The translations under genes and the position numbers were made by a program. A stretch of DNA of 64,000 nucleotides from positions 12,553-76,552 of the forward strand of contig QPMI01000216.1 of NCBI GenBank assembly GCA_004431415.1, read 5' to 3'. The notes below the pieces were generated by a model, which saw only the letters and a program-made list of their open reading frames with translations, searched no databases and was not told the DNA's origin. Shown here piece after piece: positions 13,501 through 24,691 of the stretch; position 1 is the stretch's first letter; every line of letters starts with the position of its first letter. This DNA is from Cyanophora paradoxa CCMP329 (lineage: Eukaryota > Plantae > Glaucophyta).

Positions 13501-16500
13501 CTCGGCGAAGGGGCGCTCTCCAGCTGGAGGGAGCCGAGCAGGAGGAAGGCCTCCTCCGTCGGGTCCGCGTCGGCCGCGAGGCGAGCGGCCTCCAGCGCCT
13601 CGTCGAGCTCCCCGCGCTCCTCGTGCGCTCGTGCCAGAACCCGGTACGCCTGCGTGCACGTGAACGTCACGCAAAAGTCTTGAACGCACTTCGAGAATCC
13701 TCTCACCTCGGCTGCTTGCGGGTCGCGTCTGGATCCTGCCAGTTGCCACAAATTCACTGCTGCGGTCGCGTACTCCTTGCGCTTCTCGTTGTCTGGGGCC
13801 CAGTTGGCCGCCCGCTGCCAGAAAAGCGCCGCTTGCGACATGTGGACAGCAACGCATGCCACATCATCATCGATTGGGTTGAAGAGGAGGAGCTCGTCGA
13901 CGATGTAGTCGGCTGCTGTTGCGAACGTCAAGGAAACGCTCTCGTATTCGCCCGTTGCGAGAAGCCAATGTGGATCTTCGGAGGCGAGCGCGGCTGCGAG
14001 AGCGTGCACTCTCCTGAGAGAGAAGTACGATGATCCGCACGGGCCAAACTGGGATCCGGAACTTATGCCGTCGAAGAGGATCTTCTTGAAGAGAGCGCCG
14101 GCCGGCTGGTGCCGTGCAACGATCCCAGAGAGTCTCTCCAGAGCCACAGTCACGTGTGAAGCTGCAAGCTCCGGCGCTTCATTGTTCTCCTTCGAACGGA
14201 TCGCCGAAGTGTGAAAAGCGGTGGCGACGACCATGACCGCCTGACGGCATAATCACGATTGAAAATGAGACAAATAAATAGCGGGGCTTGAAAACGGACG
14301 AACCGCATCAGCCCTTTCGCGGTGCTGCAAATAAGTTTGCGGTGCCCGGTTGCGGAGCTCGTCCCACCGCGCGACTGCCTCCGATGCCTCTGGCCACGGG
14401 CCACCGATTGACGGGAGCGGGCTTTGCTCGATCACCGCCCGCATCCGGAGGTCCGCTTCCTCCGCCGCCCGGAGCAGCCTCGCCCTCTCCAGCTCCTCGA
14501 CTCTCGCGAGGACGTCGCGCTCGTGGCAGCGCTGCGCCGCCTCCCGCAGCAACGACAGCGTCGTCGGGTCGGCGTCGCTCGCGTCGCTGACTTGAACGAA
14601 AGTCCGGAAAGACTGTGCGAGGCGCGTTTAGGAAATAAAGAGCAATCGGCAGTTGAACGAAGGCTGCGAACCTCGATTGAAGCTTTCACGAAGCGGGGGC
14701 TTAGACTCATCCACGTCTCAACCGCCTGCCTCGCCAAAGCCTGCACCTGCTCTAGCGGGGCCTGCGCTTTTTGTCCGACCGCAGCGGCCCGCCCGAGAAG
14801 CTCGGCAGCCCGCGCTCGAAGTTTCGTCCCGAGCTCGTGCAGCGTCTCTTGTTCTCTGCCCATGTTGCTGTCGTCTTGCCCTTGCGAAGCTTGAGCGGCG
14901 TGCTGCATGAGCGTCTCTCCCGCCGCCTTGTATACTTCGGCTGTGCTATCGCTGTTCGAGAGGAGAGTCTCGGCCCATCGGTCCATCCACGGCAGCCCAC
15001 CAATGCTGAAAGCTTTCTCGCGATCGCCCGCTCTATCAGAACGTTAACGTGCGCCGGCGCTGTCGCGAACATGATGGAAAATTCGAAGGGGCGCACGATT
15101 CGTAGCAGTCGGCGCAGCGCGAAGTCTCTCCAACATCCTCGAACAACTGCGCTGCGTGCAGAAGACAGTTCTTCCGCTCCTGCGCATCCTTGACATGGCC
15201 TGGGCTCGCTGTCGGCACATGCATCCCGCACCAAAGAATACAACCAAAGGGCTCACCGGCCACAGCGAGCTCGATCTCTGCGATTCGCTTCAGGACATCC
15301 CTGTCGCGACGGCAACGCTGCGCTGCCTCCTGCAGCAAAGGGAGCGACGCCACGTCGACATTTCTTGAGTCAACGTCTTGACAACGAACGAATACACGGA
15401 ACGCCTGTGCATGAAGTTTCACAACAGTACATTGATGCTTAGCAAGCGATCGCACGCTCTGACCTCGGTCGATGCGCTCGCATAGATGGAGCCTAGTTCC
15501 ATCCACGCAACGACGGCCTGCCGCGCCCAGTCCTGCACATGCTTCGGCGGTTCTTGCGACCTGAACCCGACCGACGCAGCCCGTCCGAGAAGCTCGGCCA
15601 CTCGCGCTCGAATTCCGACTCCGCGCCTGTGGAGCTCCTCTGGCTCTCCGCCCATGTTGCTGTCATCCCGTGCCCCAGCTTCTGCTTCGTGACGCCTCAG
15701 CGTATCTGCCGCCGTCTTGTACACTTCAGCTGCGCTGTCGCTGGTCGAGAGGAAATTCGCCGCCCACTTGTCCATCCACGGCAGCCCACCGACACTGCAC
15801 GCTTTCTCGCGATCGCCGGCTCTGTACATGTGTCTCAGCGCAATGGCATGGGAATGACGGGAAAACGGAGAGCGGAGGGGACGCACGCTTCGTAGCAGTC
15901 TGCGGCGCGCAAGGATTCGCCTGCCTCCTTGAACAGTTCTGCTGCGTTCTGAAGCCCAGCCTTCCGCTTGGCTTTATTCTGAACGGCCTCTGCAATCGCT
16001 CTCAGCGCCTGACGCTACAAATTCCAAAGTCAGTCGAACTCGAAGCTTACCAGCCGCGGCGCACTCGAGCTCGGCCCGAGCCACTCTCGCCATGCGCGTG
16101 TCGCCGGCCTTACGGAATGCGAGCTCCGCTTGCTCGAAGAGGCGGGCCTCGTAGTACGAGAGGCCGCGGCGCCGCCACTGCTCCGCTGTGCCGTACGCTT
16201 TCGACAGCGTGACGCCTCTTACGGAGGCGTCGCCCTTTTCGACGGACTGCGCGCCGCAAATAAGCCTCTGGTACCCCTCCGGGAGATTTCACATTTCAAG
16301 GGAAAAGCGCGCGAACCCGGACGACTTGCGCCTCGGTGAGCAGGTTGAACATCGGCTTCCGGGCCTTCTCGTCCTCGTCGAAGATCCTTCAGATGCACGA
16401 GGCTCAGAAAGTGAGGGCGGAGGGAGCGGCTCAAAGCGCGCACCAGACGGCCGTCTTCGCTCGTGTGAGGGACGTGTACAAGTGCTTCAGCTCCGTGGCG

Positions 16501-19500
16501 ACCAGGCGGTTGGCGTACGGGTCGAAGATGGCCGCAGCCGCGCTCATGCCTCTGTGGCTCTATTCAAGGTGCGTGTGAGCGACGAATACAGGATAGAAAA
16601 TAAGCTTGTCTGCAGACCGAGGAAGGCCCCGCCTCGCCCAAATTCGAAGCTGCGTTCCCCGCGCGCGACACCACCTCTTTTCGACCTCTCTCTACAGCTG
16701 CCTTCCACATCCGCGCCCGCGTAGTCGCGCCATCCGTTCGCCCTCGCTGCTGCAGCTGGCTCTCCGCAGGCGCCTGACCATCGGTGAAAAAGTTGAACCT
16801 GGTGCATAGTTGTCAACATATGCATGTGAGCGGGGAAGGCGTAGATTAAAGACGACACACAGCAGGACTTCCTCGAACTCGAGCCCCTTCGCCTCCTCCA
16901 CGGTCAGCACGATCGAGTCGTGCAACAGGCGCTGGAGCTGCGCCCTTTGTTGAACCCTCCTCGCACTCTCCACGCTTCGCACGATGACGACCTGGTCCGG
17001 CCCGAACGCACATGCGGGCGCGTTTTCGGAAGATGGGTCGGTGCCGAAGAGGAGTTCAGTCAAGCTCCGCTCGTCGGACGCGCGGAACAACATGGGCGGC
17101 AAGCCCGAGCGAAGGCCTGCCGATAATTTGGGTGAGCGGCGACGAATCCTCCTCGCAATTACAAGCGGATAGCTGCCCGCACCGCGGTCGCGAGGGAGTT
17201 CGTCGATCTCCTTGGGGAAAAGGACGAGGAGCATGTCGACGCAGACGGCTGCGCAGGCCAGGATGCCGTCGTGCGAGCGGTAGTTCTGGACAAGTCGAAT
17301 CGATTAGAGAGGGGGGGAAATTGCGGATGCATGTCGAGCGGCGCACGAGAGAGAGGTGCTTGAGCTTGATCTTGCGATCGGCGGCGCCAAACAGGTGGTG
17401 CGGGATGGACTGCAGATCACAGATGCGGAATGCAAGGCCTGCAAAAAACATAAGCGAAGAATACTCGAAAGCCTGCAATTTCTGCAAGGGGGCGCACCGC
17501 GGGCGACGGTCTGGCAGGTGTCGCCACAGAAGAAGAGGCCTCCCAGGTCCGACACGAGCGTCGCCATGAGGCCAAGCTCCGCCCCCGTGAAGTCTTGCAC
17601 CTGCACATGCGCCCTGTGAGGCCGCGCAGCAGGCCGCCGAGCGCCGAGCGTGGGCGTGGCTAGCCTCGTCGACGATGAGCTCATGGATGGGCACGCTGCG
17701 GTAGCGACCGGCCTTGACCTCCAGGTAGATGTGGCGCACCACGTCCTGTGCGTGCATGAGCGTTGCAATCGGGTAGAACAGCGGTACGGTTGTCGAAAGC
17801 GAACGAATGGGAAATTAGATGGCGGACCGTGACGTCGAAGAGCTGGCCCGCCTCCTTCATCTTGCGGTACTGCCCGTGCAGCTCGTGCACGAGCGCCCGC
17901 TCCTCCTCGCTCGCCAGGCGCGAGCGGTTCCTGCCCATCCTCTGGTACGTCCCGAGGTCCACAGACCCGCCGTCGGCCTTCAGGCTCTCCGCGCTCCCGC
18001 TGCAGAGGCCATCGTCAGACCATCGCAACACGAACTAGCCGCTCCGGCACTCACGCGATCAGGGACATGAACTCAGTCCAGACGAGTTGGGGGTGCGGAA
18101 GCTGGGCCTTGCCGTCGCCCCTCCGCCTCTGCACCAAGTCGCCCCACAGCTCCGCGGCGAAGAACTCGCCATCGACCCAGATCCCCGGGCGCCCCGTGAT
18201 CCGCCCGTCTTCGCCCCGCGGGAAGAACGGGCGCTCGAGCGTCCCGTCCACGAGGTCGAGCCACTTGCGGCCCGTCACTGGGGCGGGACAGAGTCGGCGA
18301 GGTCGAGGTGCGCGCATGAGGGCGGACTGGCACCGAAAAGGGGGTACGCATGGTCTCGTACGTCCACGAGGGAGTCGCACAGATCGGCGTCGCCCGAGCC
18401 GAGCAGCGCGGGACCGACCTCCCCGCGCTCGCCGGGCATCGCCATTGCGTCTCGCTGCTGCTGTCCGTCTGCGCCAGCCTGCTCCGCTGGATTCTGCGGT
18501 GCGAGGAGGATATGCTCCGGTTCCTGCGTCGGACCTTCAGACAGGTGCGTAGAGGGTGGTAATTATAACAATCAGTAGGAGACGCACCAGCATCGTGAAG
18601 TCCCGCCGCACTTTCTTCAGCAGCATCGGGTTCGTTGTAATGTAGACGATGCGCAGGAGGCTTGAGGTCGACTCGAAGAGGCGTGCGCCGCGGCTGACGC
18701 TAAAGTATGCGTGGTATCGGGACCAGATGCTGCAAAGAAATTCAGGCCAAGCCTAAGAAATGATTGCGACGGGAAAGCTTCCGGCATACCGGGCAAGGGC
18801 GCAGGCCGTCTTCCCTGTGCCAGAGCGCCCGATGACAGCGATGGGACCATCAGCGCAGATGATAGCGCACTCTTGCCTGCGACACGTTACATGTACAAGA
18901 AGACTGCGAGCATCAGAAAAAGGATACGCACTCGATTGCGCGGCTGTGCCTCTCGCGAATATCCTCTGACATGCCGAATTGGAGCGGCTCCTGACCGCGC
19001 CCCGAGAGCTCCTGTCGCGCCAGCTTGCATGCCCGGTCACGGATATCCTTTAACACCGCCTTGTCTGAAAAGCATTCGAATTCGGTTAGACCAGGCGCAA
19101 GCGTGCGCAGCCAAGGACGCCAGAAGCGGCACCACGAATGACAAGATTCGACTGCGACCGCGTCCCTGTCTCGTTCGCTGGCGCCGGCAGGCGCTGTCCG
19201 ACCGCCCCGTCGATGGCGAGCGCCTCTAGACCCAAGGTGTAGTCGGGGTCGAACGGCGGCGCTTCTCGGGGCTCCAGCTGCTCGCGCCCTGCATCGAGCC
19301 GCCGCGGCCGTCGGATGCCGCCGGAGGATGGCTGCCGCTCCGGCGGGCTCGGGGGTGGCGCCTCGCGCTCCACAGCTTCTCGCTTCTTGTACGCCTTGAC
19401 GATCTGCCTAATGGCCCGGTTGATTTCGTCCTTGTGGCACGGCCCCCTGGGATGTGTTGAGCTGAGTGAGCGAATGCAACACGACGGCCAACATGATTAG

Positions 19501-21309
19501 ATTATAATTACCAGAGGAGTATTCGGTCTCGCCAGCATTGAAAACGCCCCGACCAGACCCAAACCTGTGAGTGGGGGCGAGATATAGTATGTACATCACC
19601 AAGTGCAGGGAACGCGTAACGAAACTAAAGAAGCACCTCCTCCCACAACAGACGGAAGGCCTTCCCTTGGCCACGCCGTCCCATCCAGCTCTCAAAAAGG
19701 TTGAGGCCACCATTTCTCTGCTTAGCATGGTGAACAACGCGATTGCGATAAGCAAGACGTTCATGATAAGGCTCACGTGTTTCAGCCACTTGGCTCTGTT
19801 CGTCTCGTGCGTGCGCTCTTCTCGCCCCGAGACGAGCTCGCGAAGCTTGTGCAGCACGATGAGCTGAAGTGGGGCACCGAGCTTGCGCCACTCACGCTGG
19901 CACCGCTGCGTCACATCGACCTCCCTGCGCACTCGAAGATCAGAGCTGCTGCGAATACGATTCAAGAGAGAGGACCGCCCACCAGCAGTCGTCGCGCCCC
20001 GCGTCGCCCATCAGCGCCGCGAGCTCCTCGACCACGCCGCGCTCGTCGGCGGCCATCCCGAGGTCGTCCATTCGCTCCAGCTCCGCCCCGTCCGCCTCGG
20101 GAGGCGCCCCCGCCTCCCCTGCTAGCGCCTCGTCGTCCACCTCGGGCCCGTCCCCCATCGCCACCGGCTCCGGATCGAGTTCGATCGGTGACAGGGCCGG
20201 CATTGCGACGCCGCCCGCGCCGCCCGCCGCCCGCCGCGCCTGCAGATGCTCCAACGCGTCCGGGAGTTTCGGGTCGACCGAGGGCTTCGAATTCGCATCG
20301 ACCTCTCTAGATCTGAGCTCCAATTCCGACGGCACGTCTGGGACGCGGTTGTCGCCAACGTTCGAAGAGGCCAGTGAGTCGACGTTCAAGGAAGAGCCCA
20401 GCGAGTTGACGTCATGATCATGATCAGTATGGGTCGCTGCTAGAGTGTCACCATGTTCTGGGGCTGAGCGAGCGGAAAAAATGATCACAATCTTATGCAA
20501 ATAACGGCCTGTGGCGGAGCGTCACCTCTCTCGTCTGCATGCGCCGCCGGCGTTTTAGGCCTCCGTTCTGCAACAGAGCGCGCTCAACAATTATACATAC
20601 GAAAGGATGGCGACGGCAACAGCGCACCAGCTAGCTCCCGATGCATCGAGTGAACCCTTTTCAAGAACCATTCTTCGGATGGAAACGGTTCTTCCCTTGG
20701 CCAGGAAATCGACAACGTCGCAGAGGTCATTGAGAGCTCCACTGGAGGCTCCACATGCGGGAAGGACTTCCTCCACGCGCGCTGAAAGGACGTATGCCAG
20801 TCTGACGTCGACGAAAGAATTCCGCGTGGAGCCCCAGCAGACGCAGTGGCCAGCAAGGAAGATCTGGAGCCGAACAGAGACGCGGCCGCCATTGACATCG
20901 CCCGTGATGGAGACGTTGAAGAAGATGCGCTGAGCTGGCCATGGCCTCCATCAATCGCAGCCGGCGCCGCAGCTGCAGGACTTGATGTCGCGGATGCAGG
21001 CTCTGAGCCGCGAGGTCGCTTTAAGTTCGAGCCGCGAGCGGCCGATTGCTGTTCGTTTTTAGAAACCTCCGCCAACGTCGACGAAGCACTGTCTGCCGCT
21101 TTTAATTCACCGAAACCTGTTAGTAGCCGTGGAATGAGCAAGGACACCAAGAACAAATAACGGGTACCTGGTGCGGACACAGCTGCAGGCAACTCGCTAT
21201 GACTTGAACCTGCATTCGATGGGCCCGATGGGCCTGGAGGAGGGCGGCTGCGCGAGGACCGAGAGTTGAAAAACCCTTTCTGCATTTGCCCCTTTGACTC
21301 CGAATCCAA
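10568..21309 (-). CDS. TRANK1/LBA1-like protein: RelE/ParE-like segment, UvrD-like SF1 helicase and long TPR-like C-terminus (multi-exon; both ends approximate)
   Basis: Walker A VIGRSGTGKT (~18807-18830), LVWTEFMSLI, motif II LIVDE|VQDF, GDTCQTVARG, NYRSHDGIL, VLTVEEAKGLEFEEVLL, ELKHLYTSLTRAK. TPR-like repeats (EALDAVERALELDPAN; EAMLCATHAVILDPSN) follow in the C-terminal part. Confidence 0.8.
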
Positions 21310-23339
21310 CTCGACTGGCGTGTAGAGGTACGTAGTGCTTCAAGGCATACACGGCTATTAAAATTTGAGTTCTGTAAACGATGAGCTCAAATAAGCGCAA
21401 TAAAATTGAAATTGAAGCAATACAGATTGAAAGCAGTGAGATTGAATAGCATATGCAGTACTAGTGTGACACAACATGCGCGGCAGCTTTGGCTCGCACC
21501 TCAGGCTGCCGAACGTGGTCTAGCACCCATTCCACACAGCTAGCGCTGCAGCTCTGCAGGACTGATCATGATCATGACCTCCATGGCCAGCTTACGATTC
21601 AACTGAACCACAACCGCTTTGAGCAACTGCGCATGCAGGGGTGTCAGGCGGTTTGGTTGGCTTATAATTAGTTTGCGCTTGCAAGCGAATAATGGCCAGC
21701 AGGTTCGAACGACTTAGCTATATATAGCCCATATGCATGACGTGATCATGAGTTGCGTTCTGCTTGTACATGGGGTCAGATCTAAAGTGGCCCGGAAATC
21801 GTAATTACAATCTTAAGCTCGGCCACACGCGTGCAGCGGGCGCTGCCCACCGCTGTCGCGGGGCGCAGATTTAAGCTTTCAGGATAAGTTTCACTGAGAA
21901 CGCCCGCGGCCGCGGCCGCCGTCGTTAGCAGGCTGGGGCTGTCTCGCTAACAGGCTAACCGGCCCATGAGTCATTTCGTATCTCTCTAGATCTCTATTGC
22001 CTGGAATTCGAAAGCGCTCATTTGCATGATCGGCCGCGGCCGCGGCAGATCTAGACATCGATCTAGACCTAAAGCGAGCGCCTGCGCGAACAGAGCGAAT
22101 CGCTCACCTGAAAAGATTCTCCTTGCAATTGTGTGCAAGATGAGTTCCAGAAGCCCTAGTGACCGCTGCACGCCCGCGCGCCTGCAGATCTGCTTCGATT
22201 ATAATTTATAATTATGTGCGTTATAATTAGGTATCGATCTATAGCTACATCGATATCTAACTACTATATATAGGATATAGATAAATATAGATCTAGAGCA
22301 CGGATGCACGTGGATTCGCGGATCAACTCGGCCGCAGGCCCGCGGCCGGGCCGGGAGGGCGGTCATCCTAAGAGATCATTCCGCCGCTTTCTCCATCACC
22401 TGCAGCTCCGGATCCATCTAGAGATCTAGCCCCGGCTCGGTCGACGCGCGCGGGGATAGGCCTAGGCCTAGATCTAGATCTAGATCGACACCCGGCCGCG
22501 GCCGCGACCCTAGATCTAGATCTAGATCTAGACCTAGCTATAGGCCTGCAGCTGGCCGCGCGAGGGCGGATCATGAGATGTGTAGAGATCGCCAAGGACC
22601 CAGAGAGTGCTTTACACAGCACTATCCGTCGCCCAACAAAGGCGGTGTGGCGGGCGGAAGCTTGAGGGACCGGAGATCGAATTATGTGAGCTCGTTCTAG
22701 AGCGAGCCCCAACACGGACGGAGAGAACCGCTCACCTCAAAGCACACTACTCGTTTGCATGAGTGTTCGAGGCTGCCTGCTGTCCGCCACGTGCACGCGC
22801 CGGCCTCGAAGCTGAATCGAAGCCGGTTGAGAGCTCGTACGCGCGCTGCCCACCGTGCCTCACTCGCCCTCTGAGTCGAGAGTAAGCTAGCGCTCACGAT
22901 CAACGGGCTCGCGGCCCGAGAGGCGCGGTTCTGGGGATGGGCACCGGCGCAGGCCGCAGCTGGATGGGCGATCGACGAGCAGGACCAACGATCTCGATCC
23001 TCGCTCGGTTCCCGCGCCGCGAACAGCACGCTCCAGACGCTTCGAGGATTGCTGGAGCTTGGCAGTCCGGGTACAACTTGCTTGCTGCAGCTGGGTACCC
23101 TTGCGAAGTCGGGCCTCCGCTGGGTTCGCAAGGCCTTCCCGCGACCGTGCAAGCTCGCTCACGCGCCGTGCAGTTCATAGAATCCGTACCGTAGGCTGCT
23201 GGTCGGTGGTTCGCGTCGGGCTTAGCTACTAGGTGAGCGGGCGAGCTTGCCGCACTGCCGGACGCTCGGCACGAACGCCGAATGCGCCATCGCGCCTGTG
23301 CTGAAAGGCCGCTCGCCGCCGTCCGCAGGGCGCGTCAAA

Positions 23340-24314
23340 ATGGCGGCGGCCCAGACTCCCCTGAACAGTAAAACGTTTGACCCGCTCCATGAGGACCAGA
23401 TCCACGACATAGCGATGGACTACTACGGGAAGCGGCTCGCGACCTGCTCGTCGGACCGCATCATCAAAATCTTCGACATCGTCGACGCGGGCGGCGCAGA
23501 AGAGCGGCAGCAGCTTTTGGCCGAGATCCGCGGCCACGAGGGCCCCGTCTGGCAGGTCGCGTGGGCGCACCCGAAGTTCGGCAACATTCTGGCGAGCTGC
23601 TCGTACGACCGCCGCGTCATGCTGTGGAAGGAGACGCAGCCGAACCAGTGGGGCAAGATCTACGAGTACACCCACGAGTCGTCGGTCAACTCCATCGCGT
23701 GGGCGCCGCACGAGTTCGGCCTCATCCTCGCCTGCGCGTCGTCGGACAGCACCATCTCCGTCCTCACGCACATGCCGGAGAGCGGCCAGTGGGATGTCAA
23801 CAAGTTCCAGGCGCACAACATCGGCTGCAACTCGGTCTCCTGGGCCCCGGCCGCGCCGATGGGCTCCCTCACCAACGCGCCGCCGACGCCCCCGGTCAAG
23901 CGGCTCGCGTCGGGCGGCTGCGACAACATGGTGAAGATCTGGCGGTACGCGGAGCAGGAGAAGCGGTGGACGCTGGAGGAGCAGCTGGACGGGCACTCGG
24001 ACTGGGTCCGGGACGTCGCGTGGGCGCCCAACATCGGCCTCCCGTACAACACGCTGGCGTCGTGCTCGCAGGACAACTCGGTCCTCATCTGGACGCAGGA
24101 CGACCGCAACCCGGCGTGGCAGAAGCGCGTCCTGCAGAAGTTCCAGGCTGTCGTCTGGCGCCTCTCGTGGTCCCTCGTCGGCCACATCCTCGCCGTCTCC
24201 TGCGGCGACGGCCGCGTCAGCCTCTGGAAGGAGGGCCCAGACGGCGAGTTCAAGATGGTCAACTCCATCGGCGACGGCTCCGGCGTCTCCTCCGGCCCCG
24301 CCGCCTCCATGTAG
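23340..24314 (+). CDS. SEC13: Protein transport protein SEC13 (WD40; COPII and nuclear pore), intronless CDS
   Basis: HEDQIHDIAMDYYGKRLATCSSDRIIKIF, GHEGPVWQVAWAHPKFGNILASCSYD, SVNSIAWAPHEFG, HSDWVRDVAWAPNIGLP. Confidence 0.97.
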   Translation: MAAAQTPLNSKTFDPLHEDQIHDIAMDYYGKRLATCSSDRIIKIFDIVDAGGAEERQQLLAEIRGHEGPVWQVAWAHPKFGNILASCSYDRRVMLWKETQPNQWGKIYEYTHESSVNSIAWAPHEFGLILACASSDSTISVLTHMPESGQWDVNKFQAHNIGCNSVSWAPAAPMGSLTNAPPTPPVKRLASGGCDNMVKIWRYAEQEKRWTLEEQLDGHSDWVRDVAWAPNIGLPYNTLASCSQDNSVLIWTQDDRNPAWQKRVLQKFQAVVWRLSWSLVGHILAVSCGDGRVSLWKEGPDGEFKMVNSIGDGSGVSSGPAASM

Positions 24315-24691
24315 ACCGCCCCAGCGCCCCGCCCGCCCCGCTCCGCCCCCCGCCCCCGCCGCTCCTCTCCCCCTCTTCGGTTCCTTTTTCCTTCCTCCGC
24401 CCTCCGTCCCTGGCGCCCGCGCCCCGCCTTCTCGTAACGTGTTCGGATCCCTCGATCCCCCCCCGCAAATGCAGCTTCTTTTGCTTTCCTCTTTTCCGTG
24501 CCCATGCCGTGCCCTCGCTGCCTTCTTGCTTACTTAGTCTTACCAGGAACGCACGATATCACTGCACGTAAATAACTGTGGGGCATAGGTTTACGATACG
24601 CATTTACGCTAGCACGGGACCGGAGATATAGAGATCAAGAGGAGCAGCCGGGGCGGAAGCTGAAGCCACCGAGCTTATAGCTAGCCCAGGC

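Noticed and set aside
22368-23194. Possible small minus-strand gene upstream of SEC13
   Set aside because: Some splice-like sites but no family similarity; the RSRS translation arises from CTAGAT repeats.
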